DNA of 64,000 nt from an uncultured Clostridia bacterium (GCA_934757825.1 CAKVLP010000001.1:430869-494868); one strand, 5' to 3'. Counted from the first letter of the stretch, positions 18,950 through 29,252 are shown. Numbers and translations are program-made. The notes: generated by a model from the sequence alone, not told the origin.

Positions 18950-20143
18950 CTAATCTAGTTTTAATGACAATTGATTTGTGTTTGGAATGTCGTGTTTTTT
19001 TAATTTTGGCTCGCTTTTTTCTGCCCTAAACAGCGCATAATCTCTCACAATAGGCGAGTCCTCTTTTTTGTTTGCCACTTCCACAGGAACATTTTGTGTA
19101 GTAACCACAACATTATACTTTTTGCTCTTTGGATTAAGTGGCTCAATTGGAAACGCCGAAACGGTTGCGAATGAAAACTCTGGCGCAGTCACAACCTCTC
19201 CGTTTTCGGCTACTGTATTTGCGAGAACCGAGTTTAGAAGCGCTGGGATTTCGCTAAAAATTTCTCTGTGGTTTTTGTAAATGTCGTCCAAAATGTTTTT
19301 GGCTTCCACGTGGTCAAGCGGGGTGGAGTATATGTTTTCAAAAGCCTTGTTTTTAAACAACTTATCCTCGCGCCCATCGCGATTTTCGTATGAAGGATAT
19401 ATTTGAGTGCTAAGTGCCTCTTCAAGCAGTTCTAGCCTGCTTGCGTCAAACGAATACAATGGCCTATTGTGATTTGCAAGATAGTAGTCGTTTATTTTCT
19501 TTCTGTAAAGATAATATTCGCATAGCGTGTATACATTTAGATAGTTTAGGATTGTGTTGTTGCTTTTTGGCGCGTCTTCGCCATATGTGCGACTTTCATA
19601 TGAGGTGATATCTTCTTTTATAAGGCCTAATAGATTTCTAAAATCATAGTCGACCTTTTCAAACGAGCGCGCTTTCACGCCGTGATTGATTTCGGTGTTG
19701 AGCGCCTCAATGTCCATATTATAACTCTGTTTTTGGCGCGCCAATATATAATCAAGCACCGCAAACTGACCATATATTTCGTCAAAAAGTTTTAGCGACT
19801 TTTTGTGGCGGTCGTTTAGGATTTCTTGTACGCGGTTGCCGTTAATGGAAAAGTACTTGTACGCTTGTTTTAGTACTGGGTTGGAGGTCATGTAAAAATA
19901 GGAGTTTATTGTCCTATACGACTGCGAAAAGCGGTCGTTTTGAAATTCGTATTTGGTGTGTCCTTGTCCACAATATTTGCTTTGGGAAAGTACGCTTGCC
20001 TGCTGTACAACAAGCCCACTCTTCGTTTTGCTTGGCATTATTATGCAAGGAAGTTCGTCCAAAATGCGCTTTGTTTTGTTGTTTTCGCTCGCGATGGCGC
20101 ACCTTAACACCGCTCTTAGTATGTTTTCGGTTTGAATATCCAT
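18950..20143 (-). CDS. Hypothetical soluble protein
   Basis: 397-aa uninterrupted ORF with no motif I recognise. Confidence 0.4.
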   Translation of the reverse strand: MDIQTENILRAVLRCAIASENNKTKRILDELPCIIMPSKTKSGLVVQQASVLSQSKYCGQGHTKYEFQNDRFSQSYRTINSYFYMTSNPVLKQAYKYFSINGNRVQEILNDRHKKSLKLFDEIYGQFAVLDYILARQKQSYNMDIEALNTEINHGVKARSFEKVDYDFRNLLGLIKEDITSYESRTYGEDAPKSNNTILNYLNVYTLCEYYLYRKKINDYYLANHNRPLYSFDASRLELLEEALSTQIYPSYENRDGREDKLFKNKAFENIYSTPLDHVEAKNILDDIYKNHREIFSEIPALLNSVLANTVAENGEVVTAPEFSFATVSAFPIEPLNPKSKKYNVVVTTQNVPVEVANKKEDSPIVRDYALFRAEKSEPKLKKHDIPNTNQLSLKLD

Positions 20144-20246
20144 ATTTCACCTCAAAACCCATATTATTTACTATATTATAACAAAAAAATTGCTACAATT
20201 CAATAGCAATTTTTGATTTTGTGTATTATGGAAATTTTTACCTTTT

Positions 20247-20930
20247 TTACTTGAAAATTGGCAAGAAAAGTTGCCTAAATATATCGAGCGATGGCACGCG
20301 ACCCGCTTTGACCGTGTATTCGACTTTACCTTGAAGTTGGTCATAACTAAAACACCCGTACTGTGCGCTGTCACTGCTGTTGGCGCGATTGTCACCAAGC
20401 ACAAAAAACTCGTTTTCGCCCACAACAACGCTCTTGCCTTGGAATGTTTTAAATTCGTTGTATTTTTTCGTGTTGCCTTCAATGCCGTTTATATATGGCT
20501 CGTGAAGACGTTCTCCATTTCGATAAACATAATAGTAGCCAGTTACATCTTCTTTTATCTCAATTGTGTCGCCACTAAGTCCGATTACGCGCTTTATTAT
20601 ATCCTTGTCGGAAGTCGAAATAATCACAATGTCGCCGTAGGTGATTTCGTGCGTTTGGCTGTAATACACAATGTCGCCGTCACTAAAAGTGGGGCACATA
20701 CTTTCGCCTTTTATCTTGTCCGCAATATACACCTTTGAAAATGCGATTAGGATTACAAAAACCGCAACTAAAAACAAAAATAGCGCCGAGCATATCTTGT
20801 CGCTAAGCGAGGTTTTCTTTGGGAATATTAAGTTTCTAAAATTAACTGTTCCTTGTTTCATATATTTAATATACCACAAAAAACGAATTTTTGAAATGAA
20901 ATAGGAAAACTTCGCCTTTAATTTTTTCAC
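20247..20930 (-). CDS. lepB: Signal peptidase I
   Basis: N-terminal TM helix, catalytic Ser box GESMCPTF and C-terminal box GDNRANSSDS. Confidence 0.8.
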   Translation of the reverse strand: MKKLKAKFSYFISKIRFLWYIKYMKQGTVNFRNLIFPKKTSLSDKICSALFLFLVAVFVILIAFSKVYIADKIKGESMCPTFSDGDIVYYSQTHEITYGDIVIISTSDKDIIKRVIGLSGDTIEIKEDVTGYYYVYRNGERLHEPYINGIEGNTKKYNEFKTFQGKSVVVGENEFFVLGDNRANSSDSAQYGCFSYDQLQGKVEYTVKAGRVPSLDIFRQLFLPIFK

Positions 20931-21227
20931 TTTTCTTTAACATTTTTAATTAAAACCTAAAAAAGTAGATGTTTTTTTGCCCGATTTGATGTATACTTAT
21001 TTGTGTTGAATATGTTTTATAAGGCTTGCTATCTAATTTGAATCCAAATAGAGATTATATAAAAATCAATATGATGGCAGTATAACTAAGTGGTTAAAAT
21101 AAAAAATCCTATCACTTTTTAGCAAATATAAAGCACTAGGAAATGTTAAAACATAAACGCCAAAACAATAGACGACCTCATAGACGTCAAAATTAGTTTT
21201 CAAAAAAAACAAACACGCCTGACATAT

Positions 21228-21295
<68 letters not shown>

Positions 21296-21313
21296 TAAAA
21301 AAATAATCAATTT

Positions 21314-21390
<77 letters not shown>

Positions 21391-21558
21391 TAAAAGCCCG
21401 ATTTTATGGGCATTTCAGCGATTTTTGATAGTCGCTGATTTTTTATTATTTGCAAAAAAACAACCCCTAAAAATGAAAATTTTTCACAATTAGGGGTTCG
21501 TTTCTTACTAGAAAATTTTAATGGTTTTTTACTTAAAAATGACCGATTTTTGCTTGTT

Positions 21559-21601
21559 TTCTACAAATTTTCTACAAATTTATCACAAATTTATGCAAAT
21601 G
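21559..21601. repeat. Four tandem ~11-bp repeats (TTCTACAAATT x2, TATCACAAATT, TATGCAAATG)
   Basis: Read directly from the sequence. Located between the tRNA-Arg 3' end and the integrase remnant. Confidence 0.7.
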
Positions 21602-21633
21602 ACATATTATATCGTATTGTGTTTGCTAGTGTT

Positions 21634-21900
21634 TTACATTTCAAAATCCTTATTTCTTTTTCTTTTTTCAAGGCGTTTTTCTTCTAGCATTCGTTCTAAT
21701 TTTTCAATTTCATCATCAATTTCTTCTTCGGTTTCTTCAATGTTTTCTTTATTGCTAAAATTAAGAGCACTACTTATTGTGCTTGCACTTTCAAGTTTTG
21801 TAGAATAATCCAAATGAGAATATACATCTGCTGTTGTATTAAAATTGGAATGACCTAACCATTCTTGAATGTTTTTCATTGGAGTTCCGTTTGCAAGCAT
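21634..21900 (-). pseudogene. C-terminal fragment of a tyrosine recombinase/phage integrase
   Basis: The 88-aa ORF contains LGHSNFNTTADVYSHL, the conserved C-terminal box with the catalytic Tyr. The N-terminal ~250 aa of a normal integrase are absent. Confidence 0.7.
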
Positions 21901-21926
21901 TAAACTTGCACACGAGTTTTACCGTT

Positions 21927-22538
21927 TTAATAATACTGAACAATTTCTTTTATTTGTGATTTACTGTCTTTAAAAGTATAGGTCACTTTTTCACCAACAT
22001 TCTTTTGCGAAATGAATACCATTGGCTTGTTGTTTTCAATTGGCCATTCACAGGCTTGCGCCCAGCGCGGTGGCTTATTTTCATAAACAAACAGTGTTTT
22101 AACTATTTCTTTGCTTTCTTTAATCGCTTTTGATATGCTTTCAATTTTGCCAAGTTTGGATATAACATTGTTTACAATAAACTTTTCAACATCTTTCTCC
22201 GCATTATACACCAACGACATTTCTGTTATTCCACTAAGGATAAAGTCATTTATATCTTCTTGGCTTAAATATTGAATATTTTTACCTTTTGATAAATAAT
22301 CCCTTATCAATAACCAGACTAAATAATCACCAACTCTTGTTCCGTCTTCTAAATCTGTGTTTTTTGAATAACTCGTGTTCATCCATTCAATTGCTGTTGT
22401 GGTTTTAGGATTTGGCGGACTATTTTTTAAAACCTTATTAAATTCATCTTGTAAACTATTATCATTATTTACTATTTCAACAAATTCTTTAGCAGAAATT
22501 TTTTTATTATAAAAATCTAAAATAGGCTGAATGTTCAT
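21927..22538 (-). CDS. Hypothetical protein (island cargo)
   Basis: 203-aa ORF with AGGAGG upstream and no recognisable catalytic motif. Confidence 0.4.
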   Translation of the reverse strand: MNIQPILDFYNKKISAKEFVEIVNNDNSLQDEFNKVLKNSPPNPKTTTAIEWMNTSYSKNTDLEDGTRVGDYLVWLLIRDYLSKGKNIQYLSQEDINDFILSGITEMSLVYNAEKDVEKFIVNNVISKLGKIESISKAIKESKEIVKTLFVYENKPPRWAQACEWPIENNKPMVFISQKNVGEKVTYTFKDSKSQIKEIVQYY

Positions 22539-22547
22539 AAATCCTCC

Positions 22548-22952
22548 TTAAATTTTAAGTGGCTTTGTGCCGTAAGTTTCTTCTGTTATAAATTTGCTAT
22601 AACATTCAACATTGTCGGTGAATGCATTTCTTATTAAAGCAACAGCTTTGCCTTCAACCATGACAGCAAATGATTGTTCATCAATCCATTTAAATTCAAA
22701 ATTCTTAATTGGAGCAATACCCTCTGGAATAGCACAAGCAGAGATGTGCATCCTTGGTTGCATCCCTTTTTCCATTGATTTAATATCTTTTTCAATCGGA
22801 GCCTTACAATAATTTGCAAGCCAACACTTAGCAAAGATATGATTTCTTCTTTCATTTGTGACATATAAATAGGCACATTTATTGTGTTCTTCTATAAAAA
22901 ATTCTCTGCCGTTTTTTAGTTCTGCTTTTCGCAATTTAGGTCCAAATAACAT
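22548..22952 (-). CDS. Hypothetical protein (island cargo)
   Basis: Start moved to MLFGPKL..., which has AGGAGT 7 nt upstream. 134 aa. Confidence 0.4.
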   Translation of the reverse strand: MLFGPKLRKAELKNGREFFIEEHNKCAYLYVTNERRNHIFAKCWLANYCKAPIEKDIKSMEKGMQPRMHISACAIPEGIAPIKNFEFKWIDEQSFAVMVEGKAVALIRNAFTDNVECYSKFITEETYGTKPLKI

Positions 22953-23205
22953 ATTATTACTCCTCTTATAAGAGATTATAGCACACAATAGCTGTTTTTG
23001 TATCAATAATTTTATAAAAATCTCAATTTTTCTAACGGAACAGCGAAAAATGCGCTTGAGTCTTGCTTTTGCCTATATTTTCGGGCTTTTAGTGATTTAA
23101 TAACTCCAAAAGTGGCTGAATGCCTTTGCTTATGGGAAGAATAAGTAATCTTAAACAACTTTAAAAAGATAAAAACGACACTTGCTAAAACTGGTGCTAA
23201 AAAAC

Positions 23206-24012
23206 TCAAAATCTTGCATAATAAGCACCAGACCTATCAACCTTGGTCGCATTTTTACTTGAAAAGCACCCACCGCCAACACGACCAACTCCGCCATAAG
23301 TATCAACAACAATCTTTCTTCCAACGCAACCAGAATCTCCATAAGAGCCCCAAATTGTAAACTTGCCACTTGGATTGATGATGTAGTGAATGTCTTTTGT
23401 GTATTTTTTGTATTCTTTCAAAACTTTATCCAAAACATTCTCCTTGATTAACTGTTGTATTTCTTCAAGTTGAAGCCTTTTATCATGAGAAACAGAGATT
23501 AAAACAGTAGAGATTTTACTTGGTTTTTCATTGTTATATTCTACCGTTACTTGACTTTTTGCATCTGCAAAGAAATCGGTCCTTGTTCTTCTAAATGACT
23601 CATACTGACGCATTATTTTATGGGCTATTAAGAGAGGCAATGGCATAAATTCTTTTGTTTCGTTAGTTGCGTATCCATAAACCATGCCTTGATCATTCGC
23701 ACCAATATCATCTTTAACAACAGCTTGATTAATGTCAGGGCTTTGCTTACTTATTTCTTTAATTATTTTAAATTTATTTTTGTAGCCAATATCTTTTAAA
23801 ATTGTTCTAGCGATACTATCATAATCTATTTTTGCTTTTGTTGTTGCTTCTCCGTAAATAAAAAGTTTATTGTTTTTAATTGCACACTCAACAGCCATTT
23901 GTGAATTTGCGTCTTGCGAGAGTGCTTCATCTAAAAAGGCATCTGCGATAACATCACAAGTTTTATCAGGATGCCCAATGTTTACGCTTTCGCTTGTAAT
24001 AATTTTTTTCAT
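23206..24012 (-). pseudogene. metK: 3'-truncated S-adenosylmethionine synthetase paralogue
   Basis: 268 aa that align with residues ~18-285 of the full metK at 29435..30553 (ESVNIGHPDKTCDVIADAFLDEAL ... DRSGAYYAR). Similarity stops abruptly and a stop codon follows. Confidence 0.8.
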
Positions 24013-24034
24013 TTTTCTTTCATCCTTTATTTTT

Positions 24035-24180
24035 TATTTCCATAAAGGGATTAAAAAATCCCATCGTTACCGATAGGATTAAAAATTATATAGTTCCCAT
24101 CGGTCAGCCTTTAGCACCTTAACCATTGTCAGGTTGCTGTGTGGTCAACGGGGCTGTCCCTCGCACACTCTTTATGGATG
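24035..24180 (-). promoter_or_regulatory. SAM-I (S-box) riboswitch upstream of the truncated metK
   Basis: The minus strand reads ...AAAGAGTGTGCGAGGGACAGCCCCGTTGACCACACAGCAACC...GGTGCTAAAGGCTGACCGATGGG..., matching S-box core elements, followed by a GGGATT/AATCCC terminator hairpin. Confidence 0.8.
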
Positions 24181-24185
24181 TAAAT

Positions 24186-24214
24186 ATCTTACATCTTTTG
24201 AACTACTTTGTCAA
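24186..24214 (-). promoter_or_regulatory. Promoter of the truncated metK leader
   Basis: Minus strand reads TTGACA, 17-nt spacer, TAAGAT. Confidence 0.5.
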
Positions 24215-24481
24215 ATTTCTTTCTTTATTTCTAAAATTAAATGCAATAAAATGTATAGTTTTTTAATACCGTTTCTAAGATAATTTACAATAAAAATGCA
24301 AAAATTCTGCAAGTATGTCGTTTAATGTTGTATTTTATTTACAAAATATTGTATGATAACTTTTGTTAAATTAAAGTGCCTAAAAGCCTTTATTCCTCGG
24401 GGTTTTAGCTATATCACAAAACGATTTTATATGTTAAAAAACGATTAAAATATGATACAATTTGGTAAGTTTTGGTGCCCC

Positions 24482-24526
24482 CTTCGGAACCGAGGGTTGG
24501 GGGTTCGAGTCCCTTCAAGCGCACCA
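24482..24526 (+). repeat. Displaced 3' half of a tRNA-Arg(UCG)-like gene (att-type remnant)
   Basis: CTTCGGAACCGAGGGTT is identical to 21346-21362 of tRNA-Arg. A different T-arm follows (GGGGGTTCGAGTCCCTT), then an acceptor strand ending in ACCA. No 5' half is present. Confidence 0.7.
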
Positions 24527-24662
24527 ATAAGACGTATGCCAAAAAGAGCATACAACTTGCCATACTACTTACTTGGCAGGTTTAATCAATAAAAAAACAA
24601 CCGACTAAATTCTTACGAGAACAGTCGGTTATTTTTTATAACTTTTTTTTGATACAGTCTAT

Positions 24663-27600
24663 TTAGTTCTTCTTATTTTTTTTGGTAAACATTGATTTTA
24701 TTGCAATGCCCAAGTCTGCAAAAGTTTTTTTCTTTACTGCAAACCAGAATAATGAAAACCCAGCAATTCCAACAAATACCACTGCACCGATTATTATGCC
24801 TGCAATTTTACCACTGCTTAGGGTATCGTTTTGTTTTTCACCGCCATTCGTTTCTGGTTTAGGCAATGATAAATTGTCGTAAACTGCCGTAAGGCTTACT
24901 TCACTATTTACCGGAAATGTATAGTTTTTGTTTGTGCTTACAATTTCTCCTCGTTCATTTTTCCAGCCTTTAAACACTTTTCCAGCAGTTGGTTCATCGG
25001 CTGTTATGGTTATACTTTCTCCTGCCTTAACAAACTCTTTATCGCCGTTAACAGTGCCACCAGTGATTGTTACTTTGTACGTGCCGATTTTTGCAATTCT
25101 AAGGTCGGCAATTTCGTTTCCAACTTTATCAAAGTGTTTTCCACAAACTAAACAATCACAGTGTCCTTTTGTTCCAAATTCTGTTTCGGTTGCTGATACT
25201 TCTTCTTTCCAGTCACCGTAAGTATGGGGTTTTGTTGTACCATAAGTGGCTTTGCAAACGGCACAAATTGCTTTTTCTGTGCATGTTGCAGTTCCACCCA
25301 AACAGTTTGCTGTTTCAGTATGGCTACCATCTTTCTTACAAGTGCGAGTGTGTGTACCATTTCCATTGCTAATCCACTCGCCCCAACTGTGGATATGAAT
25401 ATTGGTTTGTTTGGTGTAATAATACGTCACTGTTTGGCCACTGCCGTTTACTGTTGCGTGTTGTCCTTCCGCTCTTGCGAAAGTATGCCCCAAAAGTGTA
25501 GGAGGTGCAGTCCAATTGAGAGTGGTTCCAAGTGGAATAGGTATTACGGCTTTTGGAGCGTTTGGAATTTCACTTCCGTCTTCAAACTTGTATTCTATAT
25601 TTACGTTTGCATAAGTTTGAGTTTCTGTGTTGTCATTTGCTAGCACGTTTCCTGTTTCGTCTATCACTTCAAAAGCAACTGTGCCTCCACTACTTAATAC
25701 TGCATTTGCAGGAATTTGATAAATCATAGAACAACTCATTAGTCCGGAGTTAAAATCGCTACCAGTATATTCTAAAGCACCTTTAGGCCAAAATTTGTTT
25801 TTATCACCCCATACGGGAATAGTAAAAGTTTGAGTTGATTCAAGCTTACTGCCACTTGTCGTAGTTCCAACACTTCCGTCAGCACGTTTTATCCAAACCT
25901 TCATGGTAATGTATCGTTCTGTGGTTGCAGAAAGATTTTGGATAATTGTTCTAAGCTCAATTTTTTCACCTACCATACTAGCGTCGAATTTGTTTTTGTT
26001 TGCTCCGCTAAGAATCACATTGTTATGATAGTTTGCGAAATTATAATACCCAGTAGAGGTTGTGTCTTCAAACTCAGAGTAAGTGGTATATTGACCAGTA
26101 TATTTCTTAACTTCAGGGTTGGCAACATAGATGCTTTTTCCGCTTACAAGTTGCGATAATCTTTTATAACCTTGCAACTTACAAACTTCACATAATTGGA
26201 ACTCTGTTTTACGCATAAGGCACTCAAAACTTGAGTTGTAAGCATTGCCATAACCTAGTGGATTGCATGTATAAGTTTTTCTAAAACCTAATAGTTGTTT
26301 CCATTTTACATTGTTTGGATCGTGAGTGTGTGTTACATTTAATGATGTGATATCATTTTCTGGTGCAGTCCTATCTAAATACTCGTCGCCAAGACCTAAT
26401 AATCCGTGTCCAAGCTCGTGAGTAAAAGTCTTTGCAGCTCGGTAGTTGTCCGATGGTGTTATGAAATAGTGAAATCCCCACTTTAAATTTGTATATGCGT
26501 CACCAAAATCACGGGTGGTATTTACAAGCAAGGCAAACTGGTTAATGTAATTATGCACGTAATAAAATGGGGGATATTGGTCGTTGTCTTCCTCATAATA
26601 TTTGTCAGGTTCAGTGTTATTAGGAATATGGGCATCGTGTATTTGTTCAATAAATGTAGGGCCTATACATCTTTCAAAAATATGATTTTTCCACTGACTG
26701 CCCATATTTGTTGATATCGAAGACGAGTTTTTACTACTTACTATTACGTCAAAAAATGTACTGCCACCATTCTCAAAACTCGACTCTGATGCTGTGCAAA
26801 GTGCATAGACGTTAAAACGGTCGGCATAACTACGGTATGGTTCATACTGCATGGCACCCCTCCAAACCTTTTTGACGTCGTTTATATACTTTTGTTGCTG
26901 ACTTTTTGTATATCCTTCACCACAAAACACGATAACCATATTTTCGGTATCGCTTCTTGTTTTTTGAATAGTGTAGACGGGGATTGTTGGATTAGCATAC
27001 TTGCCGTCACTTGAGTAATAAGGCCCAAGGGTAAGTTCAAGTTTTTGTTCAATATCAATATCCCACTCTTGGTTTGGGTCGTCTTCAGGCTCGGCAACGG
27101 TATAATCGTCTTCAATGTTGTCGGGAGCAGAACCAATATATGGGTTTGACAGTGTTCCATTGCCTGACGTTGATACGTAATAGTTGGTATCAAGATAAAA
27201 TGCGGGTCTCACTCCAATGTAATCTCGTTGAGGTGACTCTCTGCCTATTGTTCCATTATTATGGACATAACGCATATCGTGGTTGCAATCTGTTACCGGA
27301 GTTCTTAGCCAATATGGCCAGCTCATTCCTTCTTCATTTTTACCCACATAGTAGCTGTCAAAATTTTTCCAAACAGCATTTACTTGCTTAACATCGAGAA
27401 GAAAAACTTTTTCAGTTGATTTTTCGCCGTATGCACTTTCAAAGTTGTTAGCAACGTTTTGAATATCATAATTTAATTCCAAATCGGAGCGACCATCGCC
27501 GTCATAAATTCCTTGTTTGTATTCTGGATGAGATACAAGCGAACGTTGAGTGATAGTCTTCATTGCTACAATTTCAGCTTTTGTAAAGTCGTTTAAAAAC

Positions 27601-28103
27601 CCAGCTTTTCCATCATAAGCATTACCATCAACATAATTAGCTTTTGGTGGATTACCACACAACCACTTTACCTCACCAGATGATGCAGTGGAATTTAACC
27701 ACGAGCGCATATTACTGTCTTTCCAGTAATTGGAGCCATATCTATCACGCTTGTAATTTCGGCTGTGCGATTTCGAACGACTGTTGTCGCTGGTCATAGC
27801 ATCATACGGAAGAGTATCAATTATTTTGTCGGCAAGCATAAGGTAGCCTTTTTCATCAACACTCACGCACTTCCAAATAATATTTTTGCCATTATATTTG
27901 CCAAGACTTATATAATCGCCAAGCTTTATTTGAGTGGATTTTGTACTGCTTGTTGATAAAGAGTTTAGAGTGTTTTCGATTGTTTTATTTTCCGCATTGG
28001 CAACACTTTTTATTCTCATTGCCTCACAGCCAAAAACAACAAGAACAAGTATTGTTGCGATTAACATTAAAATTGCACTTATTTTTTCAAAATATTTCTT
28101 CAT
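24663..28103 (-). CDS. Large cell-surface protein with an M64-like (IgA-peptidase-type) zinc metalloprotease domain and a C-terminal TM anchor
   Basis: 1146 aa with an N-terminal signal/anchor helix and HELGHGLLGLGDEY (an HExxH...DEY motif as in peptidase M64). Also has a Cys-rich segment, an InlB-B-repeat-like module (FKGWKNERGEIV) and a C-terminal TM helix with a KKKT tail. Confidence 0.65.
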   Translation of the reverse strand: MKKYFEKISAILMLIATILVLVVFGCEAMRIKSVANAENKTIENTLNSLSTSSTKSTQIKLGDYISLGKYNGKNIIWKCVSVDEKGYLMLADKIIDTLPYDAMTSDNSRSKSHSRNYKRDRYGSNYWKDSNMRSWLNSTASSGEVKWLCGNPPKANYVDGNAYDGKAGFLNDFTKAEIVAMKTITQRSLVSHPEYKQGIYDGDGRSDLELNYDIQNVANNFESAYGEKSTEKVFLLDVKQVNAVWKNFDSYYVGKNEEGMSWPYWLRTPVTDCNHDMRYVHNNGTIGRESPQRDYIGVRPAFYLDTNYYVSTSGNGTLSNPYIGSAPDNIEDDYTVAEPEDDPNQEWDIDIEQKLELTLGPYYSSDGKYANPTIPVYTIQKTRSDTENMVIVFCGEGYTKSQQQKYINDVKKVWRGAMQYEPYRSYADRFNVYALCTASESSFENGGSTFFDVIVSSKNSSSISTNMGSQWKNHIFERCIGPTFIEQIHDAHIPNNTEPDKYYEEDNDQYPPFYYVHNYINQFALLVNTTRDFGDAYTNLKWGFHYFITPSDNYRAAKTFTHELGHGLLGLGDEYLDRTAPENDITSLNVTHTHDPNNVKWKQLLGFRKTYTCNPLGYGNAYNSSFECLMRKTEFQLCEVCKLQGYKRLSQLVSGKSIYVANPEVKKYTGQYTTYSEFEDTTSTGYYNFANYHNNVILSGANKNKFDASMVGEKIELRTIIQNLSATTERYITMKVWIKRADGSVGTTTSGSKLESTQTFTIPVWGDKNKFWPKGALEYTGSDFNSGLMSCSMIYQIPANAVLSSGGTVAFEVIDETGNVLANDNTETQTYANVNIEYKFEDGSEIPNAPKAVIPIPLGTTLNWTAPPTLLGHTFARAEGQHATVNGSGQTVTYYYTKQTNIHIHSWGEWISNGNGTHTRTCKKDGSHTETANCLGGTATCTEKAICAVCKATYGTTKPHTYGDWKEEVSATETEFGTKGHCDCLVCGKHFDKVGNEIADLRIAKIGTYKVTITGGTVNGDKEFVKAGESITITADEPTAGKVFKGWKNERGEIVSTNKNYTFPVNSEVSLTAVYDNLSLPKPETNGGEKQNDTLSSGKIAGIIIGAVVFVGIAGFSLFWFAVKKKTFADLGIAIKSMFTKKNKKN

Positions 28104-28577
28104 TGTGGTTCACATCCTCCTAACTTTTCGTTTTTATAAACTTTGGGAGATAGGGTTTTATTTTAGTTTTTGACTTTATATTCAATAGTAAAATGATTTT
28201 ATTAAACTTAAATCGTGCCTACTAATTATTTTTCTCACTTTATGAATTATATCATACATTATTGCAATTTCATATAAAAAAAGTCTAAATCAAATATTTT
28301 AATTATTTCACGACTTGCAGTTAGTAATTATAAAAACTTAATCTCTTTAGTATGTTAAACCTATATATATTTAATAAAAAACCCAAATCGAATACTGCTA
28401 AATGTATTTGGTTTGGGTTTTTATTGGTGCACCAAGTAAACAAAAAAGAAAAGCCTTAATGGTTTTTCTTTTTTGTTTACAATGAAATTGATTTTATGAT
28501 TTGTTTTTTCTTGTTGGATTTAACTTGGGGATTTGGGAAAAGTTTGATACAATAATAGGAGAAAGTAGGAGACCCAA

Positions 28578-29252
28578 ATGAAAGAGAGTATATTTAAGCC
28601 ATCGAAAAGTGAAAAGCGCGGATTGAAACTGATAAAACCAAATATGGAAATGATATTGTCAATTGGAATTAGCACCGGCGGGTCGGCGGAAATAAATATG
28701 GCAAAAGCCTGCCCTAATGCGAAAATTATCGCGACAACAGTTGATGAAAAAGGGCTAAACTTTTCAATTGAAAAGATGTCTAAGTTTCCGGAATTTAGCC
28801 AAATCGAAGCAAAAATTGAGGACGTTTCAAAACCAATGCCGTACGACGACAACACATTTGACTATGTGTACGCAAGGCTTGTGTTGCACTACTTAAATAG
28901 ACAACAATTAGACGATGCTCTTAACGAAATTTATAGGGTTTTGAAGCCAAATGGCACACTTTTTATCGTCGCAAGAAACAACAAAGAATGGGAACTAAGA
29001 AAGCCGGAATTTGTGATTTCGTACGATGAACAAACCAACATAACTACATACTACTCTCAGTGGGAAAAGAAAGTAATTGACAAAAGACAGTTTTTGTCCG
29101 AAGAACAACTTAGAAGTGTTTTAAAAACACACAATTTCAAAATCAAATCAGTTGCTTCTTACAGGGAAAGGCTTTATACAGACTACGAAAGAACAAGAAA
29201 AAACCGCTCCAAAAAACCAAACTATTTGACCGAAGTTGTTGCGGTGAAGTAG
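28578..29252 (+). CDS. Class I SAM-dependent methyltransferase
   Basis: 224 aa with a glycine-rich motif I-like segment (ILSIGISTGGSAE) and the LKPNGTLFIV post-II motif. AGGAGA RBS upstream. Confidence 0.7.
   Translation: MKESIFKPSKSEKRGLKLIKPNMEMILSIGISTGGSAEINMAKACPNAKIIATTVDEKGLNFSIEKMSKFPEFSQIEAKIEDVSKPMPYDDNTFDYVYARLVLHYLNRQQLDDALNEIYRVLKPNGTLFIVARNNKEWELRKPEFVISYDEQTNITTYYSQWEKKVIDKRQFLSEEQLRSVLKTHNFKIKSVASYRERLYTDYERTRKNRSKKPNYLTEVVAVK

Larger units (their letters stand above)
21391..24526. mobile_element. Decayed integrative island at tRNA-Arg
   Basis: Lies immediately 3' of the tRNA. Contains an integrase C-terminal fragment and is bounded on the right by a displaced tRNA 3' half that shares 17 nt (CTTCGGAACCGAGGGTT) with the tRNA. 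Confidence 0.6.

Noticed and set aside
21391-21520. Three consecutive hairpins after tRNA-Arg as a structured ncRNA
   Set aside because: They are most simply explained as stacked transcription terminators or att-flank palindromes (GCCC/GGGC, CAGCGA/TCGCTG plus a T-run, AACCCCTAA/TTAGGGGTT). They show no recognisable ncRNA family features.
28421-28436. TATTGGTGCACCAAG palindrome as another tRNA-derived att remnant extending the tRNA-Arg island to 28.4 kb
   Set aside because: It shares only an 8-9-nt match (GTGCACCA) with tRNA 3' ends. A match that short is expected by chance in 64 kb, and it sits within ordinary terminator hairpins.
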